A stretch of 64,000 bases of DNA from a virus, in IMG/VR virus record IMGVR_UViG_3300021135_000003; one strand, given 5' to 3'. A program made the translations under genes and the position numbers. Shown one piece after another: positions 1-10,297 of the stretch (position 1 is its first letter; each line of letters starts with the position of its first letter). The notes beneath the pieces were generated by a model. The model did not search any database. It was not told the origin of the DNA and saw only the letters and a list, made by a program, of their open reading frames with translations.

Positions 1-696
1 GGTACTGGTTCTGCTGCTACTACTGCTCTTGTTGCGTATCGTAATTTAATCTCTAGCACTTCTTATGGTGTTATGGATTCTGGTTACAAATATCAATACG
101 ATCGTTACAACGACAAGTATCGTTTTGTTCCATTAAATGGTGATACTGCTGGTCTATGTGCTCGTACTGATAACACTAATGATCCTTGGTTCTCTCCAGG
201 TGGTTTAAATCGTGGTCAAATTAAGAACGTAGTTAAATTGGCTGTTAATCCAAATAAAGCAGATCGTGATGTTCTTTACGCTGCTGGTATTAACCCAGTT
301 GTTACTTTCCCAGGTGAAGGTACTGTTCTTTACGGTGACAAAACTCTATTGGCTAAACCAAGTGCGTTTGATCGTATTAACGTACGTCGCTTATTCATCG
401 TTATGGAAAAAGCTATCGCTACTGCTGCTAAGTTCCAGTTGTTCGAATTTAATGACAGCTTTACTCAAGCGCAATTCCGTAACTTAGTAGAACCATTCTT
501 ACGTGGTGTTCAAGGTCGTCGTGGTGTTACTGACTTCATAGTTGTTTGCGATGGTTCAAACAATACTGGTGACGTTGTTGATGCTAACCAATTCGTTGCA
601 GACATCTACGTTAAACCAAATCGTTCTATTAACTTTATTACTCTAAACTTTGTTGCTGCTCGTTCTTCAATCAGCTTCACAGAGCTTGGTGCTTAA
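1..696 (+). CDS. gp18: tail sheath protein, C-terminal part (5' truncated by window)
   Basis: Frame is open from base 1; motifs PWFSPGG, GINPV, FDRINVRRLF and PNRSINFITLNF; lies upstream of the tail tube gene. Confidence 0.97.
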   Translation, partial: GTGSAATTALVAYRNLISSTSYGVMDSGYKYQYDRYNDKYRFVPLNGDTAGLCARTDNTNDPWFSPGGLNRGQIKNVVKLAVNPNKADRDVLYAAGINPVVTFPGEGTVLYGDKTLLAKPSAFDRINVRRLFIVMEKAIATAAKFQLFEFNDSFTQAQFRNLVEPFLRGVQGRRGVTDFIVVCDGSNNTGDVVDANQFVADIYVKPNRSINFITLNFVAARSSISFTELGA

Positions 697-727
697 TAAA
701 TAAATAAAGAACTAAGGAGAAAAATAA

Positions 728-1315
728 ATGGCAAATATTGCTGATTTTAAAGCGCAGATGTTGGGTGGCGGTGCTCGCCCAAACCAATTCCGTGTTGAAC
801 TAACATTTCCAAGTTTTGTGACATTAGGCGCAGTTGCTGGCCAACGTGCACAATTCTTGTGTAAAGCTGCTCAGTTACCAGCTTCTACTATTGAGAACAT
901 TGGTGTTCTTTATCGTGGTCGTCCTGTTAACTTTGCTGGCGAACGTACTTTCCAACCTTGGACTGTTACTGTGTATAATGATACTACTTTTGGTATCCGT
1001 AATGCACTAGAACAATGGCAGTCTGGTATTCAGAACTATGACACTACTGATGGTCGTGTTAATCCTACTGACTACCAAGTTGACTTAGCTGTACACCAAT
1101 TAGATCGTAGTGGTGCTATCATCAAGACTTACAACTTTATTGATGCTTACCCAACTACTGTTGCTGCAATTGGTTTAGATTACGAACAACAAAATGCTAT
1201 TGAACAGTTTGATGTAGAATTCCAATACAACTTCTTTACATCTGCTACTGGTGCTGCTTCTGGATTTGGTGTTAATGTTTCTGTTGACACTCCAGTTGGT
1301 AGTTTCCCAGTTTAA
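728..1315 (+). CDS. gp19: tail tube protein
   Basis: GGARPNQF, AGERTF and WTVTVYND motifs; synteny gp18-gp19-gp20; AAGGAG RBS. Confidence 0.96.
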   Translation: MANIADFKAQMLGGGARPNQFRVELTFPSFVTLGAVAGQRAQFLCKAAQLPASTIENIGVLYRGRPVNFAGERTFQPWTVTVYNDTTFGIRNALEQWQSGIQNYDTTDGRVNPTDYQVDLAVHQLDRSGAIIKTYNFIDAYPTTVAAIGLDYEQQNAIEQFDVEFQYNFFTSATGAASGFGVNVSVDTPVGSFPV

Positions 1316-1343
1316 TAATTAAACAATTCGAGGGTTTTATATA

Positions 1344-2933
1344 ATGCAGTTATTTGGATTCGAGATACTACGTAAAAAGGAAAGGGAGTTAGACAGTATT
1401 GTCGCTCCTAATCCTCAAGATGGATCAACTGTAGTAAACACTGGTGTAAATGCTGGTGGTTACTATGGTATGGTCATGGACCTAGATGGTGTCATTAAAA
1501 ATGAAAATGATCTAATCCGTCGTTATCGTGAAGTTGCAACATATAGCGATTGTGATGGTGCCATTGAAGATATTGTTAGTGAAGCAATTGTATACGATGA
1601 AGAAGATCAAACAGTTACTATTAATTTAGATGACGTTGATGTTTCTGAAAGTATTAAGAAAAAAATTCGCATTGAATTTGAAGAGATAGTTAAACTATTA
1701 AAATTCCAAGAACGTGGTCATGAAATTTTTCGCACTTGGTATGTTGATGGTCGTATTTACTATCATATTCTTTTAGATGAAAATAATTTAAAACAGGGAA
1801 TTGTTGAGTTACGTTACATTGATCCACGTAAAATTCGTAGGATTAAAAATGTAGTTAAGTCAAGAACTCCTCAGGGTGTTGAAGTTGTTAAAGAAGTTCA
1901 AGAATATTATCTTTACAATGATAAAGGTATTACTGAACAAACAACTCAAGGTGTTAAGTTATCTTTAGACTCAGTGGTTTATACACCATCTGGTTTCTTA
2001 GATGCTAATACTGGTATGATGATGTCTTATTTGCATAAAGCAATTAAGCCAACTAACCAATTAAAGATGATTGAAGATTCTTTAGTTATCTACCGTATTA
2101 GTCGTGCGCCTGAACGTAGAATATTTTATGTTGACGTAGGTAACTTGCCAAAAGTTAAGGCAGAACAATACGTTAATGATATCATGAACAAGTTCCGTAA
2201 TAAGATTGTTTATGATGCAACGACAGGCGAGGTCAGAGATGATCGTCGCCATTTGTCAATGATGGAAGATTTCTGGATGCCACGTCGTGAAGGTGGTAAA
2301 GGTACTGAGATTACTACTCTTCCAGGTGGTCAAAATCTTGGTGAGATTCAAGATATTGAATACTTCCAGCAAAAATTATATCGTTCATTGAATGTGCCAA
2401 TTGGTCGCCTTCAACAAGATGGTGGTTTTAGCATAGGTCGTGCGCAAGAAATTAGTCGTGATGAGGTTAAGTTTAATAAGTTTATTATAAGACTACGTCA
2501 AAAGTTTAGCCACATATTTACTGATGCACTTCGTGTTCAGTTAATCGCTAAAAATATTATGCGCCCAGAAGACTGGGAACTAATTAAACAAGATATTCGT
2601 TACAATTATGTTGTTGATAATCATTATGCTGAATTAAAAGATAATGAAATTTTAATGGGTCGTTTAAATGCCCTACAATTAATTGAACCATATCTTGGTA
2701 AATTTTATTCTATGGACTGGGTTAAGAGAAATGTTCTTTACCAGACTGAAGATGAAATTGAAGAAATGCAAGCTGAAATGGATTCTGATGAAGAATACCA
2801 TGTAAGTGATGCAGAAAGAACTGGACAACTTGCTGGTGTTACCCAAGCTGCTCAACAGAATTTTTTACAAGCAAATGCGCCACAGGCTGCTGAAGCACCA
2901 GTTGCTGATGCTCCAAAACCTGCTGGTCAATAA
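1344..2933 (+). CDS. gp20: portal vertex protein
   Basis: YRISRAPERRIFYVDVGNLPK and EDFWMPRREGGKGTEITTLPGG motifs. Confidence 0.98.
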   Translation: MQLFGFEILRKKERELDSIVAPNPQDGSTVVNTGVNAGGYYGMVMDLDGVIKNENDLIRRYREVATYSDCDGAIEDIVSEAIVYDEEDQTVTINLDDVDVSESIKKKIRIEFEEIVKLLKFQERGHEIFRTWYVDGRIYYHILLDENNLKQGIVELRYIDPRKIRRIKNVVKSRTPQGVEVVKEVQEYYLYNDKGITEQTTQGVKLSLDSVVYTPSGFLDANTGMMMSYLHKAIKPTNQLKMIEDSLVIYRISRAPERRIFYVDVGNLPKVKAEQYVNDIMNKFRNKIVYDATTGEVRDDRRHLSMMEDFWMPRREGGKGTEITTLPGGQNLGEIQDIEYFQQKLYRSLNVPIGRLQQDGGFSIGRAQEISRDEVKFNKFIIRLRQKFSHIFTDALRVQLIAKNIMRPEDWELIKQDIRYNYVVDNHYAELKDNEILMGRLNALQLIEPYLGKFYSMDWVKRNVLYQTEDEIEEMQAEMDSDEEYHVSDAERTGQLAGVTQAAQQNFLQANAPQAAEAPVADAPKPAGQ

Positions 2934-2942
2934 GGAGATATT

Positions 2943-3116
2943 ATGAGTACATTAGATTTAGTGTCGGCGATTATTAATAAAGATGCAACTGGAATTGAAA
3001 CTGCATTTAATGACGCAATGGCGGAAAAGATTTCTACACGTTTAGATGATATGCGTACTGATGTTGCGCAATCAATGTTTAATCAAGAAGAACCAGTAAC
3101 CACTGAAGAAGAATGA
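2943..3116 (+). CDS. gp67: small acidic prohead core protein (gp67-like), 57 aa, absent from the ORF track
   Basis: Manual translation MSTLDLVSAIINKDATGIETAFNDAMAEKISTRLDD...EEE; AAGGAG RBS; located directly after the portal gene. Confidence 0.75.
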   Translation: MSTLDLVSAIINKDATGIETAFNDAMAEKISTRLDDMRTDVAQSMFNQEEPVTTEEE

Positions 3117-3658
3117 AATATTACGAATTAAAATCTTCTCTTAGAAAATCTAACATTGTTGAAAGTGTTAGATCCTATCGCCAGTTAATAGAAATGACTG
3201 ACGAAGGTAAGATTTTAATTAATGGTTTAAACACTGATCATAAGACTATCGAAGAAGCAAGAAAATATATTAAAGAAGATTACGATACACATCAATTAGC
3301 TGGCAAGATTACAAAAGATACATATCAGGAAATTTCGGAACATACGGTAGCCAGTATTATTAAAGAACACCACGATATTAAAGTTACTGATACATTAATA
3401 GAATCATACGTAGAACTTGCTTCTTCAAATATTTTTAGTGTTGACCCAGTCGTTCATAAAATTCGTTCTTTAAATAAACTTGATAGAATCGTTGAAGGCA
3501 AATTGCACTATGTGCTTGCTGATAACTCCACAGTTGCAATAAATGAAGATACACAAGATATCCTAAATAAGTTATTAGGTGATCAAACAGAGATTATCGA
3601 GTATATGAGAGAATCAAAAGATAACTTCTTTCACGTGCTTGAACAAATAGAGGAATAA
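3113..3658 (+). CDS. hypothetical protein in head-assembly cluster
   Basis: 181-aa ORF, ATGA-coupled to the upstream gene, between gp67 and gp21. Confidence 0.7.
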   Translation: MKYYELKSSLRKSNIVESVRSYRQLIEMTDEGKILINGLNTDHKTIEEARKYIKEDYDTHQLAGKITKDTYQEISEHTVASIIKEHHDIKVTDTLIESYVELASSNIFSVDPVVHKIRSLNKLDRIVEGKLHYVLADNSTVAINEDTQDILNKLLGDQTEIIEYMRESKDNFFHVLEQIEE

Positions 3659-3660
3659 AA

Positions 3661-4113
3661 ATGGCTGTCTTATTTACAACTGTTAAAAATACAAACCAAG
3701 AAGTAATCGTACATTTTGATACTGTTGCTGCTGAAACTGGAACCCTTACTATTGCTAACTTAGGTGCTGCTACTCAGGCTAGAAATTCTGATACACCAAC
3801 TGTTAACATTGTTAAGTTTATTTCTACTGGTGCGGATGGTGCTACATTGCGTATTACTCGCAATAGCAAAAACATTATTGCATGCGCCCCAGAAAATGCT
3901 CCATTCTTAGATTTTAATTCTAATGGTTTTGCTGACACAACTAACAACACATATGATATTGTTGTTAACAATGATGTAGCAAAACCAGTTACTGGTTATT
4001 TAATTTTACGTAAAGTCGCTGGTTGGTCTACTACAGTTGAGACTGCTACTTACGGTTCTTATGACGATCCAACTATTGTTGGCGCTAACACTAGCTTATC
4101 AGGACACCCATAA
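3661..4113 (+). CDS. hypothetical, probable virion structural protein
   Basis: 150-aa Thr/Ala/Asn-rich ORF with GAGG RBS and late-gene codon usage. Confidence 0.7.
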   Translation: MAVLFTTVKNTNQEVIVHFDTVAAETGTLTIANLGAATQARNSDTPTVNIVKFISTGADGATLRITRNSKNIIACAPENAPFLDFNSNGFADTTNNTYDIVVNNDVAKPVTGYLILRKVAGWSTTVETATYGSYDDPTIVGANTSLSGHP

Positions 4114-4766
4114 TGAAACTTATTAGAGAAGTTTTTGATACAACTAACTTAATCGTTGAAGAAAAGTTAGGTAAACCAAAACAATATTTTATTGAAGGTG
4201 TTTTCCTTCAATCAGAAATTACTAACCGCAATGGTCGTATGTACAAAGAAAGTACAATGGATCGCGAAGTTGGTCGTTATATTAAAGAAGCTGTAGAGAA
4301 TAATCGTGCATACGGTGAACTAGGTCACCCAGAAGGTCCAGGTATTAATCTTGATCGTGTATCACATATGATTACTTCTTTACGCAAAGAAGGTACGAAC
4401 TATATTGGTCGTGCTAAAATTTTAGATACTCCAATGGGTCAAATCGCTAAAGGTCTTTTAGAAGGTGGCGCAAACCTTGGTGTTTCTTCAAGAGCAATGG
4501 GTTCACTTAAGACTAATAACGAAGGTGTACAAGTTGTTCAAGATGATTTCATGCTGTCTACTGCAGCTGATATCGTCGCGGATCCTTCAGCCCCAGATGC
4601 TTATGTACGTGGCATTATGGAAGGTAAGGAATGGACATTTGTTGATGGAAAGTTTGTGGAACAAAATATTGAAGAGGTAAAATCTTTCATTAAGAAAACT
4701 TCTTCTAGAAATCTAGAGGAAGCAAAGATTCGAGCTTTCCAACACTTTCTGAGTAAAATCAGATAA
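4113..4766 (+). CDS. gp21: prohead core protease
   Basis: NRNGRMY, GELGHP, GVSSRAMGS and DIVADPSAPDA motifs. Confidence 0.98.
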   Translation: MKLIREVFDTTNLIVEEKLGKPKQYFIEGVFLQSEITNRNGRMYKESTMDREVGRYIKEAVENNRAYGELGHPEGPGINLDRVSHMITSLRKEGTNYIGRAKILDTPMGQIAKGLLEGGANLGVSSRAMGSLKTNNEGVQVVQDDFMLSTAADIVADPSAPDAYVRGIMEGKEWTFVDGKFVEQNIEEVKSFIKKTSSRNLEEAKIRAFQHFLSKIR

Positions 4767-4808
4767 TTAATAAATAAATAATAGAACTATCCAGTTAGGA
4801 GAATAACG

Positions 4809-5825
4809 ATGTCAATCGAACAAAAAATCGCTGAAATTTTAGCAGAGTCTAAGAATAAACAATTAGATGAAGCCAAATTGGCTGGCGCTGAAACAGGTAA
4901 AAAAGATGTTACTGCTCATTCTGCAGGTGGCGATAAAGAGCCTATCCGTAAAGGTGATGCTGTTAAAGCAACTAAACCAGAAGATGAGCCAAGCAATGCT
5001 AAGAATGACGTGCAAACCCAAGAAGATGCTGAGAAAGGTCCAGAAGGTTCTATGAACCCACACAATGGCGACCAGACTCCAGTTCGCAAAGGTAACGCTG
5101 TTAAAGGTGTTAAGGAAGATTTAGATGCTATGTTTGGCACTGAAGATCTTTCAGAAGAATTTAAAGACAAAGCTGCTATGATTTTTGAAGCTGCAGTTAT
5201 GTCACGTGTAACTGCTGAAGTTGCACGTTTAGAAGAAGAGTTCGAAGCAAAAGTAGCTACTACTGTTGCTGAAGAAATTGAGGGTATTGTTGAACAAGTT
5301 GATGGATACCTCGGCTATATTGCTGAGCAGTGGATGACACAGAATGAAATCGCCCTTGAGCGTGGTATTAAGTCTGATATTTTAGAAAGTTTCGTTGATG
5401 GTCTGAAAGGACTATTCGAAGAACACTATATTGATGTTCCTGAAGAAAAGTATGACCTACTTGCCGACATGGAAGAAACAATTGGTGAACTTAAAGCGAA
5501 GATTGATGAACAAGTTGCTGCTAATATTGAGTTGACTAAATCAGTTAACGAAGCAAAGCGTAGCGAAATTGTTAAATCAATCAGTGAAGGTTTAACTGAC
5601 ACACAAGCTGAAAAGTTTGCTGGTTTAGTTGCTGAAGTTACTTTCGATGATGCTGAAACTTATGAATCTAAAGTTAAGACTTTACGTGAATCTTATTTCA
5701 CTACTAAAACTACATCAGGTGTAACATCTGTTGTAACTGATACTCCAGTTGAAGTTATCACTGAAGCTGGATCAAAGCGTACAGACCCAAAAATGTCTGC
5801 TTATCTATCAGCACTCAACAATTAA
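4809..5825 (+). CDS. gp22: major prohead scaffolding protein
   Basis: Acidic coiled coil with LSEEFKDKA..IFEAAV and VDGYLGYIAEQWM..NEIA; between gp21 and gp23. Confidence 0.95.
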   Translation: MSIEQKIAEILAESKNKQLDEAKLAGAETGKKDVTAHSAGGDKEPIRKGDAVKATKPEDEPSNAKNDVQTQEDAEKGPEGSMNPHNGDQTPVRKGNAVKGVKEDLDAMFGTEDLSEEFKDKAAMIFEAAVMSRVTAEVARLEEEFEAKVATTVAEEIEGIVEQVDGYLGYIAEQWMTQNEIALERGIKSDILESFVDGLKGLFEEHYIDVPEEKYDLLADMEETIGELKAKIDEQVAANIELTKSVNEAKRSEIVKSISEGLTDTQAEKFAGLVAEVTFDDAETYESKVKTLRESYFTTKTTSGVTSVVTDTPVEVITEAGSKRTDPKMSAYLSALNN

Positions 5826-5851
5826 TAAATTTTTAAATAAAGGAATCCAAA

Positions 5852-7144
5852 ATGGATCGCAAACAATTAATGGAAAAATGGGCACCCGTGTTAAATCACG
5901 AAGGCTCTGCTCCAATCGAATCATCTTACAAGCGTGAAGTTACTGCTGTTCTATTAGAGAACCAGGAACGTGAAATGGCTAAGCAAACTGAAGCTCTTTT
6001 CGAAGCAGCTCCAGCTAACAGCGTTGGTTCATATCCTGATGCTGGCGGTATCGCTAAGTTTGACCCAGTATTGATCAGCTTGGTACGTCGTGCAATGCCA
6101 CAACTTATCGCTTATGATATCGCTGGTGTTCAACCAATGACTCAACCTACTGGTTTGATTTTCGCAATGAAATCACGTTACAGCACTCAAGGTGGTACTG
6201 AAGCGTTATTCAACGAAGCAAACTCTGCATTCTCTGGTACTGGTACACAATCTGGTGGTCCATCTACTGGTGATGCTGCTGCAGGTACTGGTCTTGCTAC
6301 TTCCGCAGCTGAGCGACTTGGCCAAGGTGGTACTGGTGACGGTTCTTTCGGTGCTATGTCTTTCTCTATCGAAAAGACTTCTGTAGTTGCTAAGACTCGT
6401 GCTCTTAAAGCTGAATACTCAGTTGAATTAGCACAAGACTTGAAAGCAGTTCATGGTCTTGACGCTGAAGGCGAATTAAGCAACATTCTCTCTACTGAGA
6501 TTCTTGCTGAGATCAACCGTGAAGTTGTTCGTACTGTATACCGTAGTGCTGTTCCAGGTGCTGCTGTTGGTACTGCTACTCAAGGTACTTTTGACCTAGA
6601 CGTTGACTCTAATGGTCGTTGGTCTGTTGAAAAATTCAAAGGTCTAATGTTCCAAATCGAACGTGAAGCCAATGCTATCGGTCAACAAACTCGTCGTGGT
6701 CGTGGTAACTTTATCATCACTTCAGCTGACGTTGCTTCTGCTCTAGCAATGGCTGGTGTGTTGGATTATCAATCTGGTCTAACTGGTAAAAATAATCTAA
6801 CTGTTGATGATACTTCTACTACTTTCGCTGGTGTTCTAAACGGCAAGTACAAAGTTTATGTTGACCCATATTCATCAAACGTATCTGCTAGCCAATTCTT
6901 CGTAGTTGGTTACAAAGGTGCTTCTGCGTTTGACGCTGGTTTGTTCTATTGCCCATACGTTCCGCTCCAAATGGTTCGTGCTGTTGATCCTAACAGCTTC
7001 CAACCTAAAATTGGTTTCAAGACACGTTATGGTATGGTTGCTAACCCATTCGTTGACTTGGACGACAGCTCTGGTACTACTGGTGATATTATCTCCAATA
7101 AGAACTACTACTACCGTCGCGTAACTGTTACTAACTTGCTATAA
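5852..7144 (+). CDS. gp23: major capsid protein
   Basis: GVQPMTQPTGLIFAM, RALKAEYSVELAQDLKAVHGLDAE and FQPKIGFKTRYG motifs. Confidence 0.99.
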   Translation: MDRKQLMEKWAPVLNHEGSAPIESSYKREVTAVLLENQEREMAKQTEALFEAAPANSVGSYPDAGGIAKFDPVLISLVRRAMPQLIAYDIAGVQPMTQPTGLIFAMKSRYSTQGGTEALFNEANSAFSGTGTQSGGPSTGDAAAGTGLATSAAERLGQGGTGDGSFGAMSFSIEKTSVVAKTRALKAEYSVELAQDLKAVHGLDAEGELSNILSTEILAEINREVVRTVYRSAVPGAAVGTATQGTFDLDVDSNGRWSVEKFKGLMFQIEREANAIGQQTRRGRGNFIITSADVASALAMAGVLDYQSGLTGKNNLTVDDTSTTFAGVLNGKYKVYVDPYSSNVSASQFFVVGYKGASAFDAGLFYCPYVPLQMVRAVDPNSFQPKIGFKTRYGMVANPFVDLDDSSGTTGDIISNKNYYYRRVTVTNLL

Positions 7145-7175
7145 TAGTTAGAATCAGTAAAACGATTAGTAATTC

Positions 7176-7201
7176 AAAGGGCACTTCGGTGCCCTTTTTT
7201 T
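7176..7201 (+). terminator. intrinsic terminator after gp23
   Basis: AAAGGGCAC-TTCG-GTGCCCTTT hairpin with a UUCG loop followed by a T-tract. Confidence 0.93.
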
Positions 7202-7204
7202 CAT

Positions 7205-7212
7205 TATAAATA
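7205..7212 (+). promoter_or_regulatory. T4-type late promoter
   Basis: Exact TATAAATA upstream of the gp3-like gene. Confidence 0.7.
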
Positions 7213-7217
7213 ACTAT

Positions 7218-7736
7218 ATGACTATTTCTATTCCAGCTGGCTTAAATCCACTATCCCCTAATGGGTTCAACTTTAGTATATCTAAAGTTCCTGATGTTAC
7301 ATTCTTTTGCCAACAAGCAAATATCCCAGGTATTACATTAGGTGATCCTGCATTTTCAACACCTTTTGCTACTGCTCCAGTTCCAGGTGATCATTTAACC
7401 TATGACACATTAACTGTTAATTTTATGGTTGATGAGCAGATGTCAAATTATAATGTAATCTATAATTGGATTGTTGCGTTGGGATTCCCAGAATCTTATA
7501 CACAATATACAAATTTACTTGCTGGTGATACAACACAATATGATGAACTTGCAAAAAATTATTCTGATGCAACTTTACAAATTTTAGATGCAAATAATAA
7601 TCCTGTAAGAACTATTACGTTTACTGATTGTTTCCCAATTGCATTAGAGTCATTAACTTTTGCATCTACTAATGTTGATGTTTCTTATTTAATCGGTTCT
7701 GCTACTTTTAGATTTACACTATATAAATTTACTTGA
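7218..7736 (+). CDS. gp3: tail completion / tube terminator protein (gp3-like)
   Basis: LSPNGFNF, FFCQQANIPGI, PGDHLTYDTL.VNFMVDE and SDATL motifs; located after gp23. Confidence 0.85.
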   Translation: MTISIPAGLNPLSPNGFNFSISKVPDVTFFCQQANIPGITLGDPAFSTPFATAPVPGDHLTYDTLTVNFMVDEQMSNYNVIYNWIVALGFPESYTQYTNLLAGDTTQYDELAKNYSDATLQILDANNNPVRTITFTDCFPIALESLTFASTNVDVSYLIGSATFRFTLYKFT

Positions 7737-7761
7737 CTTTATTGCAGATTTATAGTATAAT
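7733..7761 (+). promoter_or_regulatory. sigma70-type promoter for uvsY
   Basis: TTGACT-17 bp-TATAAT. Confidence 0.85.
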
Positions 7762-7778
7762 GTTATTTTGAGGTTATT

Positions 7779-8216
7779 ATGAATATAGAACAGTTGCAGG
7801 ATATGTGGGATGTTGATTGCCAAATAGATGATAATTATCTTGGTGAAACAACCACAGCTACGCCCAAACTCCACGCTAAGTATTTAAAACTACTTGTCAA
7901 TGTCAAACTTAAACATACTAAGTTAAGTTCTGACGCAAACATTCTCCGCAAAAACAAATTTCGTTTATATCGTGGCGAGTTATCACGTGATGAATTAACA
8001 CAACTTGGTTGGGAACAATGGCAAGGTGTTAAACCATTAAAGAATGAAATGGATGAATTCTTAACAGGCGATACAGAATTAAATACATTAAAAATAAAAA
8101 TTGATTATCTTGAGACAATGATATATTTTCTTGAATCAGTCCTTGGTCAAATTAAAGCAAGAGACTGGCAAATTAAAACTGCTGTTGAGTGGAAGAAATT
8201 CCTTGCTGGAATGTAA
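7779..8216 (+). CDS. uvsY: recombination mediator UvsY
   Basis: W..D..ID, PKLHAKYL and R.WQIK.A.EW.KF motifs; located upstream of uvsW. Confidence 0.93.
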   Translation: MNIEQLQDMWDVDCQIDDNYLGETTTATPKLHAKYLKLLVNVKLKHTKLSSDANILRKNKFRLYRGELSRDELTQLGWEQWQGVKPLKNEMDEFLTGDTELNTLKIKIDYLETMIYFLESVLGQIKARDWQIKTAVEWKKFLAGM

Positions 8217-9700
8217 TGATAAAGATTGAAAAACTTGATGAAGTTTTTGTTCGCATATTTTCTGACCCAAGTGTTGAACAAGAACTAGGTGACTTCTTCA
8301 CTTATGAATATCCAGGTGCTAGGTTTACACCTCAATTCAGAGCAAGACTCTGGGATGGTAAAGTGCGTTTGTATGATGTTATTCGTAAAACACTTTATAT
8401 CGGTTTGCTTGATTATGTAAAAGATTTTGCTGAAAGGAATCAGTATGAAATACAATATGTTAAACCAGAAAACTTCGTACAAAATAATATCGTTTACAGT
8501 GACATTGAACGATGGGTCAAAACACTCAATCCTCAATCCAAAAATGAAGCAATCACAGTACGAGATTACCAATGTGATGCAATCCATAAAGCAATCAATT
8601 CTGAACGAGTATTACTCTTATCGCCAACAGCGTCAGGTAAGTCCCTAATCATCTATTCAATACTTCGATGGCATTTAGAAAATAATCGCAAATGTATTAT
8701 TATAGTTCCAACCACTTCATTGGTTGAACAATTATATACTGACTTCGAAGATTATTCAACTGTAAATGGTTGGGATACAAAATTACATTGTCAAAAACTT
8801 TATAGTGGTTATACTAAAGATTTTACTAAAGATGTTTTAATTACAACTTGGCAATCTGTTTATCTTCAACCAAAATCTTGGTTCAAACAATTTGATGTTA
8901 TCTTTGGCGATGAAGCCCATCAATTTAAAGCGAAATCCCTTACTGGGGTTATGGAAAAGATGGATTCTATTAAATACCGTATTGGAACTACAGGAACTCT
9001 TGATAATAAGAAAGTTCATAAATTAGTTCTTGAAGGTGTTTTTGGTCCAGTGCATAGGGTCACCACTACCAAGAAATTAATGGATAGTGGGAAACTCGCT
9101 GACCTAAATATCATGTGTGTGTTATTAAAATATAATGAAGAGATTCGTAAGGAACGTAAAAATAAAACGTACCAAGAAGAAATGGATTGGCTAGTATCTT
9201 GTGAACCAAGAAATAAGTTTATCCGAAACTTGGCAGTAAATTCTAAAGGAAATACGCTAGTCCTTTTTCAATACGTTGAAAAGCATGGCAAGGTTCTTTA
9301 CGAACTTATTAAATCTAAAGTGCATGATAAAAGAAAAGTGTTCTTTGTTTATGGTGGCACTGAAACTACAGATAGAGAAGCAATTCGCCATATAACTGAA
9401 GGCGAAAGTGACGCTATTATTATTGCATCTTTTGGTACGTTTAGCACAGGGATTAATATCCCATCATTAGAAAATGTTATTTTTGCTTCACCATCTAAAA
9501 GTAAAATACGTAACTTACAAAGTATTGGTCGTGGGTTAAGATTAAAAGATGGCAAAACTACATGTAACTTATTTGACCTTGCTGATGATTTACATTGGAA
9601 GTCTTGGAAGAATCATACTTTAAATCATGCAGCAGAGCGTTATAAAACTTACGCTGAAGAAGAGTTTAAAGTTAAACTGGTTGAGGTAGATTTATGTTAA
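8216..9700 (+). CDS. uvsW: UvsW DNA/RNA helicase
   Basis: SPTASGKS, DEAH and QSIGRGLR SF2 motifs; ATG at 8216 overlaps the uvsY stop. Confidence 0.97.
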   Translation: MIKIEKLDEVFVRIFSDPSVEQELGDFFTYEYPGARFTPQFRARLWDGKVRLYDVIRKTLYIGLLDYVKDFAERNQYEIQYVKPENFVQNNIVYSDIERWVKTLNPQSKNEAITVRDYQCDAIHKAINSERVLLLSPTASGKSLIIYSILRWHLENNRKCIIIVPTTSLVEQLYTDFEDYSTVNGWDTKLHCQKLYSGYTKDFTKDVLITTWQSVYLQPKSWFKQFDVIFGDEAHQFKAKSLTGVMEKMDSIKYRIGTTGTLDNKKVHKLVLEGVFGPVHRVTTTKKLMDSGKLADLNIMCVLLKYNEEIRKERKNKTYQEEMDWLVSCEPRNKFIRNLAVNSKGNTLVLFQYVEKHGKVLYELIKSKVHDKRKVFFVYGGTETTDREAIRHITEGESDAIIIASFGTFSTGINIPSLENVIFASPSKSKIRNLQSIGRGLRLKDGKTTCNLFDLADDLHWKSWKNHTLNHAAERYKTYAEEEFKVKLVEVDLC

Positions 9701-10143
9701 CTGGTAACGAATTCTATGTAGTAATGAAACTTACTACTGGTGAACAAATTATGGGTGTTCTTGAACAAGAAGACTCAACGCACCTCCAAATAATTTCCCC
9801 AATGATTATTAGATCTATTCCTATTCCACAAGAAGGTAGAGAGCATATAACTGCTCACCCTTATTGCCAGTTCACAAACGACAATGTGTTTGATATAGAT
9901 AAGAAAAATGTTATTTACATTAAACCTCTTAAAGAGATTATGATACCACATTATAAAAGAATTGTAATGCAACATGAACGAGAAGATAGTGTTGAAGTTG
10001 CTACTGAGATAACAGCAGAAGAAGCGAGAAAACGAATTAGAATGTTAGCGGATATCTTTGGGGATGAATTAGATAGTGCTTTGGGAGAAGAAACAGAAAA
10101 AGAACCAAGTCACTTCGTAGAAGGAAACGATACTAAACATTAA
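9694..10143 (+). CDS. conserved T4-like hypothetical (Sm-like fold likely)
   Basis: KLTTGEQIMG N-terminal motif; typical position between uvsW and gp55. Confidence 0.7.
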   Translation: MLTGNEFYVVMKLTTGEQIMGVLEQEDSTHLQIISPMIIRSIPIPQEGREHITAHPYCQFTNDNVFDIDKKNVIYIKPLKEIMIPHYKRIVMQHEREDSVEVATEITAEEARKRIRMLADIFGDELDSALGEETEKEPSHFVEGNDTKH

Positions 10144-10166
10144 CTAATATCAAACCCGACATGGTT

Positions 10167-10195
10167 ATTATACCCACTGTTGGCGCACAAGGCAA
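10167..10195 (-). promoter_or_regulatory. leftward (antisense) sigma70-type promoter
   Basis: Minus strand reads TTGCCT-17 bp-TATAAT. Confidence 0.65.
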
Positions 10196-10231
10196 ATTTA
10201 AATGACTGCAAGATGCATAGTCAAATGAAGT

Positions 10232-10260
10232 TTGCCTTTTTTCATTATATAAGGTATACT
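10232..10260 (+). promoter_or_regulatory. sigma70-type promoter for gp55
   Basis: TTGCCT-17 bp-TATACT. Confidence 0.7.
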
Positions 10261-10297
10261 TACTGTATGTTGATAATTATAGGAAACAAATAATGCT

